NCBI GenBank assembly: GCA_043228905.1
Contig: JBHGNT010000015.1
Span: forward strand, 17,422,001 to 17,486,000
Origin: Azolla caroliniana
Taxonomy: Eukaryota > Plantae > Polypodiophyta
Direction of reading: 5' to 3'
DNA: 64,000 nucleotides
Below, piece after piece: positions 40,715 to 51,900 of this stretch (within the stretch, counting starts at the first letter, position 1; the number at the start of each line of letters is the position of its first letter). Position numbers and translations under genes: made by a program. The notes below the pieces were generated by a model, which saw only the letters and a list, made by a program, of their open reading frames with translations, had not been told where the DNA came from and searched no databases.

Positions 40715-43700
40715 ATGATGAGAAGGACACCCATAAAGAAGACATTGATGAAGGAGAAAGTGAAGACACCAGTGAAAGAAGGAAGAAGGACACCCATGAA
40801 AGAAAGCAAGAAGACACCCACAAGAGAAAGGGTGATGAATTCATCAACACAGAGAAAGAAGATGTACCACTCCATCAGTCGAGACACACCTCTTGGATGG
40901 AATTATTTCCTTCGAGCACGACCTGACATTTATCCAGAGCTGAGAGAGTGGTTGTTAAAAACCTGGGGGTCAGCACATCCCGACACAAGGCGAGGATTCC
41001 ACATAAGTGGTTTGAAGAGGGAATACATGAATTGATTGAAGACGAGATACGAACATGTTTATGATACAAATCAAATCACTAACAATGAGGTGGGTACTAT
41101 TTTTGCACGTGCTTTTGCATGTGAAGTTCAAGGTGGCATCGACGTAAATTGGGAAGATTTTAATCGGCACCGGTCAGAACATTACAAAGGGTCCTCCAGT
41201 ACCAACACTGGCTTGAAGTCATCTGGAACCTCTCATGTGGATATTCCAGCTACAACACCTGTCCACCAAGTTCTAGAGGCAAAGGTACAGGCCACAATGA
41301 CTGAAAAGCATGAACAAATGATGGCCGGTTGCATAGCTTCTATGAGCTCAAGAATACAAGCACTACTTGCTGATTTGGAAGCAGTTAAATCAGCTGAGAT
41401 ACAGGTAGAAAAGAAATTTTCTTCAATAAAAACTACATATGAATGGATTGCATCGACAATCCAAAATTCAGAAAGTGAGGTGTTGAAAGAGGAGTTGAAG
41501 AAAGAGCTGAACAATATGGGCACTCAATTAGGTTCACAGATGAGAGACCTTGATACTTGCAGGAATGCACATGAAGAAATAGATAATAAGTTGTCAGCCT
41601 TAAAGTTGCATTCTGAGAACCTTGCATGCTTGATGCAGGATTTAAAACAAAATGGTTCTGATACTTTGTGTCCATCTGTAATTGAGCACCCAAGTGGTAT
41701 AGAAAGTACCATTACTAGTATAGCTATATCACGGTATTGTCTTTAAAAGTTATTTATTTCTACTTCTCTGGTATAAATAAGTGAGTAGCTAATATATTAT
41801 AACTTGTGTTTGCAATCTTCCAGGTGTATATTTTGTGGCCTCGGATTCAAGCTGGAGGCTATGGATGTTGTGATTACACCATGTTTGCACACATATCATG
41901 TGCTATGTGCTAAGTATCATTTTGAGAAAGAGAATACATGTATGGACTGTAAAACTACAATTGCGGCTGAGTGGTACTATGCTTGGGGTTTAAAAGTACA
42001 CCCGTACAGTATGTGGCTCTACTATTCTATTGTTTGTATTATATGATGTCAATTAACATTTGGACTAGAACTAGTGTATGACACAATTCATACTTCAAAT
42101 TTAGTGTAATCTCTAACAACTATTATGTGGAACCCTAATTATGTGGGTTAGTATTGGCAGTACTCTTAATATATAATTGGTATGTGTAGTTCAAGGGATA
42201 TTTTCCAGAATTAGTAGTACTAAAAGGGAACCAGGTACAACATCGTCCAATCTATATTGCAACTTGCCTAGTATTAGTTTAGTAAACACTATACTTATAG
42301 TACACTGTTGACTGTTAGTATTGTTTGTGTAACTTGGGAATTAGTACTAGTAATGTAATTTGGGAACAAGGTGTATAGTAAATTGCTGAATAATAGTACA
42401 GTTATTGTAATTTGGAAATGAGGTGTGTCAAACACATATCACGTTTAGTACTAATACTGTTCAAGATTAATACTATTGGTGTAATTAGTACAAGTTATGT
42501 AACTAGGTGTGTAGAACACATATCACGTTTAGTATTACTTGTGTGCAAAATACCAATCTACATTTGTTGGATTAGTACTTAGTAAGTACTACATGGTTCA
42601 TGATTAGTACTATTTCTATACTTTGTGAACTAAGTTACTAGTACATTGCTCATGATTAATACTAGTTTTGTAATTTGGGAACTGAGTAGTACTTTGTTCC
42701 TTATTAGTACTAGTTTTGTACCTTATTAGTACTAGATCAGTAATCTAGAAAATAAGTGAGTAGTACATTTTGTAGGATTAGTACTAATTGTGTAATTTGA
42801 CTAAGTCAGTGGTACATTGTTCAGGATTAGTATTCCTTGTGTAATTTGGTAACTAAGTGAGTAGTATATTGTGCATGATTAGTACTACTTGTGTAAATTG
42901 GGAACTAAGTGAGCATTACATTGTTCGGGATTAGTACTCCTTGTGTAATTTGGTAACTAAGTGAGTAGTATATTGTGCATGATTAGTACTACTTGTGTAA
43001 ATTGGGAACTAAGTGAGCAGTACATTGTTCGGGATTAGTACTAGTTCAGTGATTTAGGAAATAAGTGAGTAGTATATTGTGCATGATTAGTACTACTTGT
43101 GTAAATTGGGAACTAAGTGAGCAGTACATTGTTCGGGATTAGTACTAGTTCAGTGATTTAGGAAATAAGTGAGTAGTACATTGTTCAAGATTAGTACTAC
43201 TTATTAATTTGACTAAGTCAGTGGTACATTTTTCGGGATTAGTACTTGTGTAATTTGGTAACTAAGTGAGTAGTATATTGTGCATGATTAGTACTACTTG
43301 TGTATATTGTGCATGATTAGTACTAATCGTGTATATTGGGAACTAAGTGAGCAGTACATTGTTCCTTATTAGTACTAGTTCAGTAATTTAGGAAACAAGT
43401 GAGTAATACATTGTTCAAGATTAGTACTACTTTTTAATTTGACTAAGTCAGTGGTACATTGTTCGGGATTAGTACTCCTTGTGTAATTTGGTAACTAAGT
43501 GAGTAGTATATTGTGCATGATTAGTACTACTTGTGTAAATTGGGAACTAAGTGAGCAGTACAGTGTTCCTTATTAGTACTAGTTCAATAATTTAGGAACT
43601 ATGTGAGTAGTACATTGTTCATGATTGGTACATTGTGTAATATGGGAAGCAGCTCTTGTGACCTACATTATATATTTTAGATGATGGTACTAACATTCAA

Positions 43701-45153
43701 GGTTTTTTTGTTTCTTGCAATGAATGTTGTAGTGTCAAGCAACTCCACGCCAGGGAAGGTAATGGAACAACCAACCCCTGTGCCTAAACCCTCAATATCT
43801 ACTGCACATTCCAAGGTTCAGGGACCATCATTACCAATAACCTATGATTTTTATGATGAGGATGAATGTATGAGAAGGGCCATTGGAGCAGTGGAACATA
43901 TGCTTCTACAAACAAATTCCCCAAGCTCCGGTCAACATCAAGAAATAGAGCCCACTAAGAAGAGAAATGCAGTTTCTTTACAAATAGAGCCCAGTAAGAA
44001 GAGAAATGCTGCAAGAATGTTGTATGGAAACGGCAAGAAAGGCAAAGTTGAATGCAATGGTGAGTCATATAAGTTCTCACCTGTCCGGAGCATTGTCAAC
44101 CTAATCCATTGTCTAATACCATGTACTTGTGTTACTAGCTGATGACGAAATGATATTTGGTGATGGAGATACGAGTCCAAAACCTGATCGTGAAGACGAA
44201 TTTATCACACTCCCAGGTACACGTCAAAAGCCAGACTTTGAAAACAATGATTTAGCTCATAACAACCCTATTTTTGTTGCTATTATAGATCATAACAACA
44301 TTGTTGAGCACCTAGATGTTGTGGAGAAGATGACCGAGCCCACCACTTGCAATGGGGTATCTACGGTTGTACAGTATGACGATGTAACATTAGGTAAAAA
44401 TGTGGCCCTAAACCCTATGTTCATTGTTTGCAAACTTTTGAGTATGTGAGTTGATACTAATATTCTTTGGAATCCCATTAATTAGGTTTACAAGAGCAGT
44501 CTGATTCCCAACTGCAATCAAATGAATCGGGAACTTCATGGAGCACAAGTGCAGAGTCAGATTCTGGTTAGAGTCAGAATCAAATTAACCTTTGCACGGA
44601 GGCAGACTCTGGAAGCACATCTTCCACACATGAGGATTGTGAGAAAAACGAAGCATTCATATGTGAAGAGCAGCTGGCATGTACAAACAATAGTATGTCT
44701 AATGAAGCCTATGAGGAGTGTGGAAAGAATATGGCAAGTACTGAAGAGAAGATTGAAGCCCATGAAGAGTGTGGAAAGAATATGGCAAGTACTGAAGAGA
44801 AGACTGATTGTACTGATAATGTGGCAAGTGCTGAAGAGAAGACTGATTGTACTGATAATGTGTTAGTAGTGTCTACTGATAATGTGCTAGTACTGTCTAA
44901 AGATTCCCATGAGGATCATGGAAAGAACATTGCTAGTAATGAAGAGGAGCTTGATTGTACTGAGAATGTGCTAGTAGTGTCTTGTGAAGCCCATGAGGAT
45001 CGTGGAAAGAACATCGCTTTCCTTGAAGATAAGCCTGATTGTACAGAATCCCATGAGGAGTGTAGAGCGAACAACGTTACTAATGAAGGGGGGCCTGATT
45101 GCACACCACAATGTCTTTCCTTGTTTGCACACCACAATGTAGTAGTCTTCTAA
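40715..45153 (+). pseudogene. Transposon accessory gene: basic TP-rich N-terminus, helical domain, coiled coil, RING-H2, acidic repeats (~830 aa); exons 40715-41733, 41824-42008, 42190-42234, 43733-44059, 44139-44393, 44486-45153
   Basis: All GT-AG junctions are phase-compatible (total 2499 nt); RING-H2 CIFC..CLHTYHVLC..CMDC; in-frame stops at 41033-41035 and 44569-44571 are transition-type; the 45-nt exon is the least certain. Confidence 0.75.
42330..43640. repeat. ~52-bp tandem array rich in AGTAC(T/A) in an accessory-gene intron
   Basis: Unit GGAACTAAGTGAGCAGTACATTGTTCGGGATTAGTACT...; heads at 42901, 42953, 43005; degenerates leftwards. Confidence 0.93.
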
Positions 45154-48100
45154 ATCTTCATTCTGAGGAAATTTGAGCACTGCAAAATGATCTCCAACTT
45201 CCAATAAAACTGCCAAGTCTTGATTTTGGTTGTAGTATACAATATTGTTTGAATGCACATTCTCTTCAATATCATCTTGTCGTTCAGGCTCAAGCTTCTA
45301 CAGCTTCCAGGGCTCCACGATTGATAGGTTGATGCATTTATCCCAAGCTTCATCTAGACACATGGAACAAAAGCATGATAAACTACGGAGTAACAATTGT
45401 GTTGTGTCCTTGCGGCTAAACCCTAACACACAATGGGTGTTGCGTGTGCCTTTCACGGTTTTACAACCATATGATTTAGTTCTATTGACCTCATCAGCGC
45501 GAACTTCAACAAACAATCTGTTCTTACCATCATTTGACATCTTCCATGTTAGCCACTGCACAACATCATGTGCATTTTGTAACTTAGCACCATTATTATC
45601 CAACTGCTCACTTGTAAGGGCACGTTTGATCACAACCCCCGCGCCATCATGCTCTCCTTTTCCATGTCCAGACCCGAAGTAATTCCATTGCATATGAATA
45701 TTGAATAAGGAGAAATACCTGCTTTGGTATCTCAAGTTTCCAACAAAATTAGTACTATGTTGTCAATTGAGAGTACTACACTTCCATTAATACTGATTTA
45801 GTACAAATACAAAACAAAGCATAGCACAACGTATCCATTGAGAACACTCTACACTTATTAAAAGATAAATAGTACTATGTTGTCAACCAACAGTACCTGG
45901 CATCCATTTAATACTAACTTAGTATGGATATAGCACAAAGTATAGTACAATGTGTTCATGGAAAGCACTCTACATGTATTAACAGATAAATAGTACAAAA
46001 TGTTCAATATCGGATAGTACAGTACAATGTGTCCACAGAGAACACGACCCTCCTTAGAAGATCATTAGTACTACAAGACATGTACTTTACATCCCCCAAT
46101 AAACACTGATTTAGTATAGATACAACACATAGTACAATACAGTGTGTTCATGGAGAACGCTGAACATTGATTAATAGATAATCAGTACCACACAGTGTGT
46201 TTAAAAGATGAGTACAATACTATGAGTACAACATGAGTAAATACTGATTTAGTACAATTCTCTGAAGGACGGACAATACTATGAGTACAAGATGAATACT
46301 TTACATCCTCCTGTAAACACAACATAGTACAGATACAACACACAACATAGTACAGATACAACACACAACATAGTACAATGTGTCTATGGAGAACCCTTCA
46401 CATGGATTAAAACATAATTAGTACAATTCTCTTAAGGACGGACAATACTATAAGTACAAGATGAGTACTTTGCATCCTTTTGTAAACACAACATAGTACA
46501 GAACCAACACACAACATAGTACAATGTGTCTATGGAGAACCCTTCACATGGATTAAAACATAATTAGTACAATTCTCTTAAGGACGGACAATACTCTAAG
46601 TACAAGATGAGTACTTTACATCCTTTTGTAAACACAACATAGTACATAACCAACACACAACATAGTACAATGTGTCTATGGAGAACCCTTCACATGGATT
46701 AATCGATACTTAGTACAATTCTTTTAAGCACAGACAATACTATGAGTACAATATGAGTACTTTACATCCTTCTATACACACAACATAGTACAGATACAAC
46801 ACACAACATAGTACAATGTGTCTATGGAGAACACTTCACATGGATAAAAAGATAATTAGTACAATTCTCTTAAGGACGGACAATACTATGAGTACAAGAT
46901 GAGTACTTTACATCCTTCTATAAACACAACATAGTACAATGTGTCTATGGAGAACACTTCACATGGATTAAAAGTTACTTAGTACAATTCTCTTAAGGAC
47001 GGACAATACTATAGAGTACAATACAAGTACTTTACATCCTTCAGTAAATACTGATTTAGTATAGATACAACACATAACATAGTACAAACAAAATTAGTAT
47101 GCATGCATCCATTCACAAGTGCAAGATTCGAATAGTTACAAACATAATTAGTATGCATCCATGTGAATAGTACTGTTTATTAATAGTTAGAAACATAATT
47201 AGTATGCATCCACTAACACAAGAATTACTTCCTTACACATTGCATGATAAGTACTAAACATATGGATTAAAAATTACCTGGCGATAAAGTAGAACGATCG
47301 TGCCGCCTTAAATTGCGAGGCAACACCATCAGACCAAACCCAATGACGGTTAAAGGTTAACCCTAGAGAAAATAAATCTGCATGGTGAAGCTTAAAACAA
47401 TGTTGAACAAATAGTGTATCATGCTTTTTATCATCTGAAATGTAAAATATTGATTTCTTATGTAACTCACCGTCTTGCCTCCAATAGCAAATATGTACAA
47501 GTATTGTACATTGATCATTGTACCAATGCATTGATTGAACCTCATTTTGAACTTTAAATGTATAGTTTTCTGCAAAATCAATAACGGATACGATGACACC
47601 TGTTGGTAAGTTATTAATACATTCCTTGAATTGTGAATTTTGCCAATAACTCCAGAAGTTATGTGGAATGAACTCCCTAAGTTGTTTCTTAAATTCTGAG
47701 ACAAGGGTAGCAGCACATGTCTCCTTATATACTTCCTTGATACGCTTAGTTATAACTCCCTTGCCAATATTTTCAATCACATACTCCAAATATTTCCATT
47801 TCACGATATGACTATTTCCCAAATCAAGCTCCTGCCTACAAAATAATGGTAGCGGACAAACCTTACATGTTCTTAATAGACATGTACGACGATGCCACTC
47901 ACATGATGGTTCTTTTTCACAAACACAAGACCTCTATAGCTCAGAAACGGATGCATAAGTCATGTTTCGTGCATTACACCTATTATCCTCCCCATTTGGT
48001 CTACAAATCTCACAAGTGCAGACACATAATTCCCCGTGTATACCCTTAGAATCAGTACGCATTGCATTCACTGCTAGCCTTAACATGTCCATCTTCACAT

Positions 48101-48925
48101 GGTACACACAACAACATGTATTCCTCTCATTTAATTTTCTAACATAAAATGGTTTCAAACCTTGGAACTTGCGGAATCCAACAGTCAAGCGTGGATGTTG
48201 GTCTTTAAAGTTCATGTACAATTCAGCCTACATCAACCAATATATATAGCAAACATTAATATACACTTGGTCAAAACACAAAGTTATGGAATGTGAATTG
48301 ATATAAAAAAATGGAATACCTCTGTCATCTCCAAGAAGTGTCTAGGGTGAATCTGGTACTTACCCTGACTTATTCGTTGTCTACACATGTCCTTCTTATT
48401 TGGTGAGACACGCGTATTTTTGGCCCAAAATGAATCCACTTTCTCAATAATCTCTTGAGATAAGGCATCACATCGTCGTCTACGTCCCAACCCCAGCCAC
48501 TTGAATTTGCTTGAGTGTATATTTTGGCGATGTTTCCTCAAGTTCCTTCTTTGAATACCTAGGGCTAAGGCAACTTTAGTATCACTATATTTTTTTTCTC
48601 TCGCACCGTTCACAACCATGTGTAGGGCTGCCCTCTTTGCAGCAAGTTTGTCTAAGCTCTCTACACCTTTCACTAAGTCTAGGGATGACTTCATAGACTC
48701 CACAATCTCTTCTGAAACACATTGGTCCCTAAATTTTATTCTCTCCATGTCTTCATTCAAACTTTGATGGTGTAACACTCTACAGATAATATCCCTACGA
48801 TCCTCTTCACTAAATCTCTTCGTTATTTCTACCAAATAACTGACTATGTGAAGAACCACTCGTCTCTTAGTCCTTTCAGATATGCATGAGTTACTTGACA
48901 ACTCACTCTCGTTAGGAACCCCCAT
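44971..48925 (-). pseudogene. Sola2-like DDD transposase (~770 aa); exons 48925-48320, 48227-47278, 45718-44971
   Basis: VIDFAENY, YISDDKKHD, WSDGVASQFK, YFGSGHGKGEHDGAG, TCCCVYH, LSCFCSMC; GT-AG introns 48228-48319 and 45719-47277 restore the frame; premature TAGs at 47934-47936 and 45298-45300; start codon uncertain. Confidence 0.85.
46251..47085. repeat. ~146-bp tandem array (6 units, variable 23-bp subrepeat) in transposase intron 2
   Basis: AGTACAATTCT heads at 46251, 46420, 46566, 46712, 46858, 46981 (periods 169, 146, 146, 146, 123); older degenerate units extend to ~45750. Confidence 0.93.
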
Positions 48926-51900
48926 TCGGTCACTAGATTTATCCACAAAAATTAAGTGTCTTGCGAAAGTAGTTAATGTTATATAGACTCAACCAAGAAA
49001 ACACAATCAAATGTTTTTAAATGTGGCTTGCAAAGTGAGAAATATTTTGTTTCAAACATTAGAATTACATATCAAATATGACAAATGTCAATTCTAAAAA
49101 TTTAGTACTGAAATATGAAGAAATGAAACATTTTAGTACTGAAAATTAAAAAATGGTTGGAAGGAACCTCCAATGGTGGAGGGAGCGTTGGATATGCCGC
49201 CTCGATTTGGTGGAAGGAGCCCCGATTTGGTGGAAGGAACCTCCAATGCCGCCTCGATTTGGTGGAAAAAGCCCTAAATCACCACGACATCAACTGCAAT
49301 CGGTGGAAGTAAGAAAGTCGTTGTCGAAGAAGTCACTATTGGCTGCTACCTAAACCCTCAGAACAGTCTCTGTACCTCAACCTAAACCCTAACAAAAACA
49401 GAAACCCTAAAAAAATCAGAAATCCTGAACTCAAAGTCTCCAACCAGACATGGATGTCTGAGATTTAGATTGAAGGAAAATCAGAAACGTGACATGGATG
49501 TCTGTGATGAAAAGCTCAGAGGGATAGAGGAAGAGGAGTATGAGGGGAAGCGCCAAAATCGACGTGAGGGGAAAATAGCCCCCAAAATGGAAGAACATCT
49601 CCTCACGTGTTCCCCCCACTCCTTCTACAGTAAATGACACTTGTACTACAGTCACCCCACTCTCCAAAATCTCTAATTTTTTTTCTGAATTATTCAGTAC
49701 TAACAGTATTGAGAGTATTGACAATTTTTGTGGCAAAAAACAGTACTTTTCTGGTACACTGTAGCGTGCTTCGACCCCAAAGTCTTGGTTGAGATCAGCC
49801 CATCGTGCCTTACGACCTTTCAGGTCTTGTTGGTCACAAAAATATTTCAAGGACTCGTGGTCCGTAGTTACCACAAAGCGATTTCCATAAAGATAATGGC
49901 GCCATGTTTTGAGCGCATGTATAACTACAAATAATTCCTTTTCTTGAACGGTATACCGACATTGAGCAGAATCAAGTTTCTTACTCTCGAATGCTATTGG
50001 TTTACCATCTTGATATAAGACAACACATAATGCTATTGGTTTCAACCTCAAAAGGTTTTGAAGGATCGGGTAAAAGAAGTGAAGGAGCCTTGCACACCAG
50101 GTCCTTGAGTTCCTTAAAGGCGAGGTCTAGTGTAGCATTCCAGACAATATGTTTTGTATACTTACGCGTTTGACCTTCTAGAAGATCAATAAACGACATT
50201 GTCAATGGGAGTAATTACGAAGGCATTTTCGCAAAAACCCTACAAAACCAAGGAGTGATTGAACTTCTCGAATATTCCGAAGAGTGGGCCAAAGCTTGAT
50301 TTTCTCGATGTGAGAAGGATCAATTTCAACTCCTCGTTTGGTTATGAGATGTCCAAGATAAGTAATTGATTTCTTGAAGAGCTCACATTTTGAGATCTTC
50401 GCATAAAACTGTTTGTCATGCAATGTTTGTAAAACAAAGCAGACATGTTTACCATGTTCTTGTAATGTACGGCTATAAACTAAAATATCATCCAAGAAAA
50501 TAACAACAAATTTTCCAAGTTGGTCTCAGAAAATGTCATTCATTTCTTGTTGAAATGTAGCCGGAGCATTGGTCAAACTAAAAGGCATAACCAAAAACTC
50601 ATAATGGCCATAATGCGTATGAAATGTCGTTTTAGGAACATCGTCCTCACTTATACGAATTTGATGGTAGCCAATATGGAGATCAAGTTTCGTAAAATAC
50701 CGAGCTCCCTGGAGACGGTCAATTAGATTGTCTGCCCGGGGCAATGGATACGAATTCTTGATTGTCACTTTATTCAAGCGTCGGTAATTAATACACATAC
50801 GCCATGTGCTCTCTTTCTTTTTAACCAAGAGAACAGGTGCCCCCCCATGGAGATTTGCTATAACGTATATAACCCATTCGTAAATAGTCCTTGAGTTGCT
50901 TAGCTACCTCATCCTCTTCTGATCGACTTAAGCGATTAGGAGGTACACTTATTGGTGCAACGCCAGGTACAATATCTATACGATGGTCTATATTACGTTT
51001 AGGAGGTAAACCATCTAGTAGTTCACTCGGAAAAACATCACGAAAATCATTTAAGATTTCATCAAGTTGTTGTTCAAAATATGTTAATTGAATCGAGAAA
51101 TTATCGATATTGTAAACGTGAATGTCCGGATCAAGTACACAATAAAATAGAGTAGAACAAGACAACTCGGATATTGATGGACATGAGGAAACATTCGAGA
51201 GGGATTGTTTTTTGACACATTGAATAAAATGAGTACAATGGTTCAGTACAAAAGTTATTGAATGATGAACCAATCAATAAATAAAGAAGAGTTTTTATTA
51301 TAAAACCAGGGATAACCCAATATTACATCGGTGGTACAAAGATTCATTACATGGAAGTCTACTTCCTCTATATAAGTATCAATAGAAATTCCTAATGAAT
51401 GAATCACCCCGTTGATGTATTGTACTCTTCCATCAACCAAGTGCACCGTGTAGGTGTGATCACTTATTGTGGGTTGGATTCCCCATATTTGAACCAAACA
51501 ATCATTGACAAAGTTGTGTGAGCTTCCCGAATCAAATAAAAATAGTACGGGAGATCCATTGATATACCCGTTTGCATGTAGTAAATCATTGGGACCCAAT
51601 ACATAGTGAGGGAAAGAACATTGAGAATAACTTAAATGATGTGTATAGACATGAAGGACATTAGGAATTTGACCTGTATGGTCTGCAGCTTTAGCTTTGT
51701 TGTCGTGCTCTTTCCATTGGAGCTTTCGACATTGCTCTTTTGTGTGACCCTTCTTTTTGCAGAATACGCAAAAAGGATGTTGTCGCTTACAATCATGATC
51801 CATGAATTCGTTGGGTGTCTTGCGTTTCCCAACGAATTGCGATTGCTTAGTCCCGGACGCTTCATTGGGTTTGTTGTGGTCCTTCTTCGAAGTGCGTTAA

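Larger units (their letters stand above)
39324..49777 (-). mobile_element. Sola2-like DNA transposon (10,454 bp) with transposase and accessory gene
   Basis: TIR GGGTCGAAGCA(T/C)GCTAC(G/A)GTGTACCA at both ends; 4-bp TSD CAAA at 39320-39323 and 49778-49781; excision restores the Gypsy frame ...ADLNQDFDFSIRY...; 5'-GRG termini and 4-bp TSD fit Sola2 as I recall its definition. Confidence 0.88.

Noticed and set aside
49431-50051. 206-aa ORF as a single gene
   Set aside because: Chimeric: Gypsy RNase H reading into the Sola2 TIR after ...NQDF.
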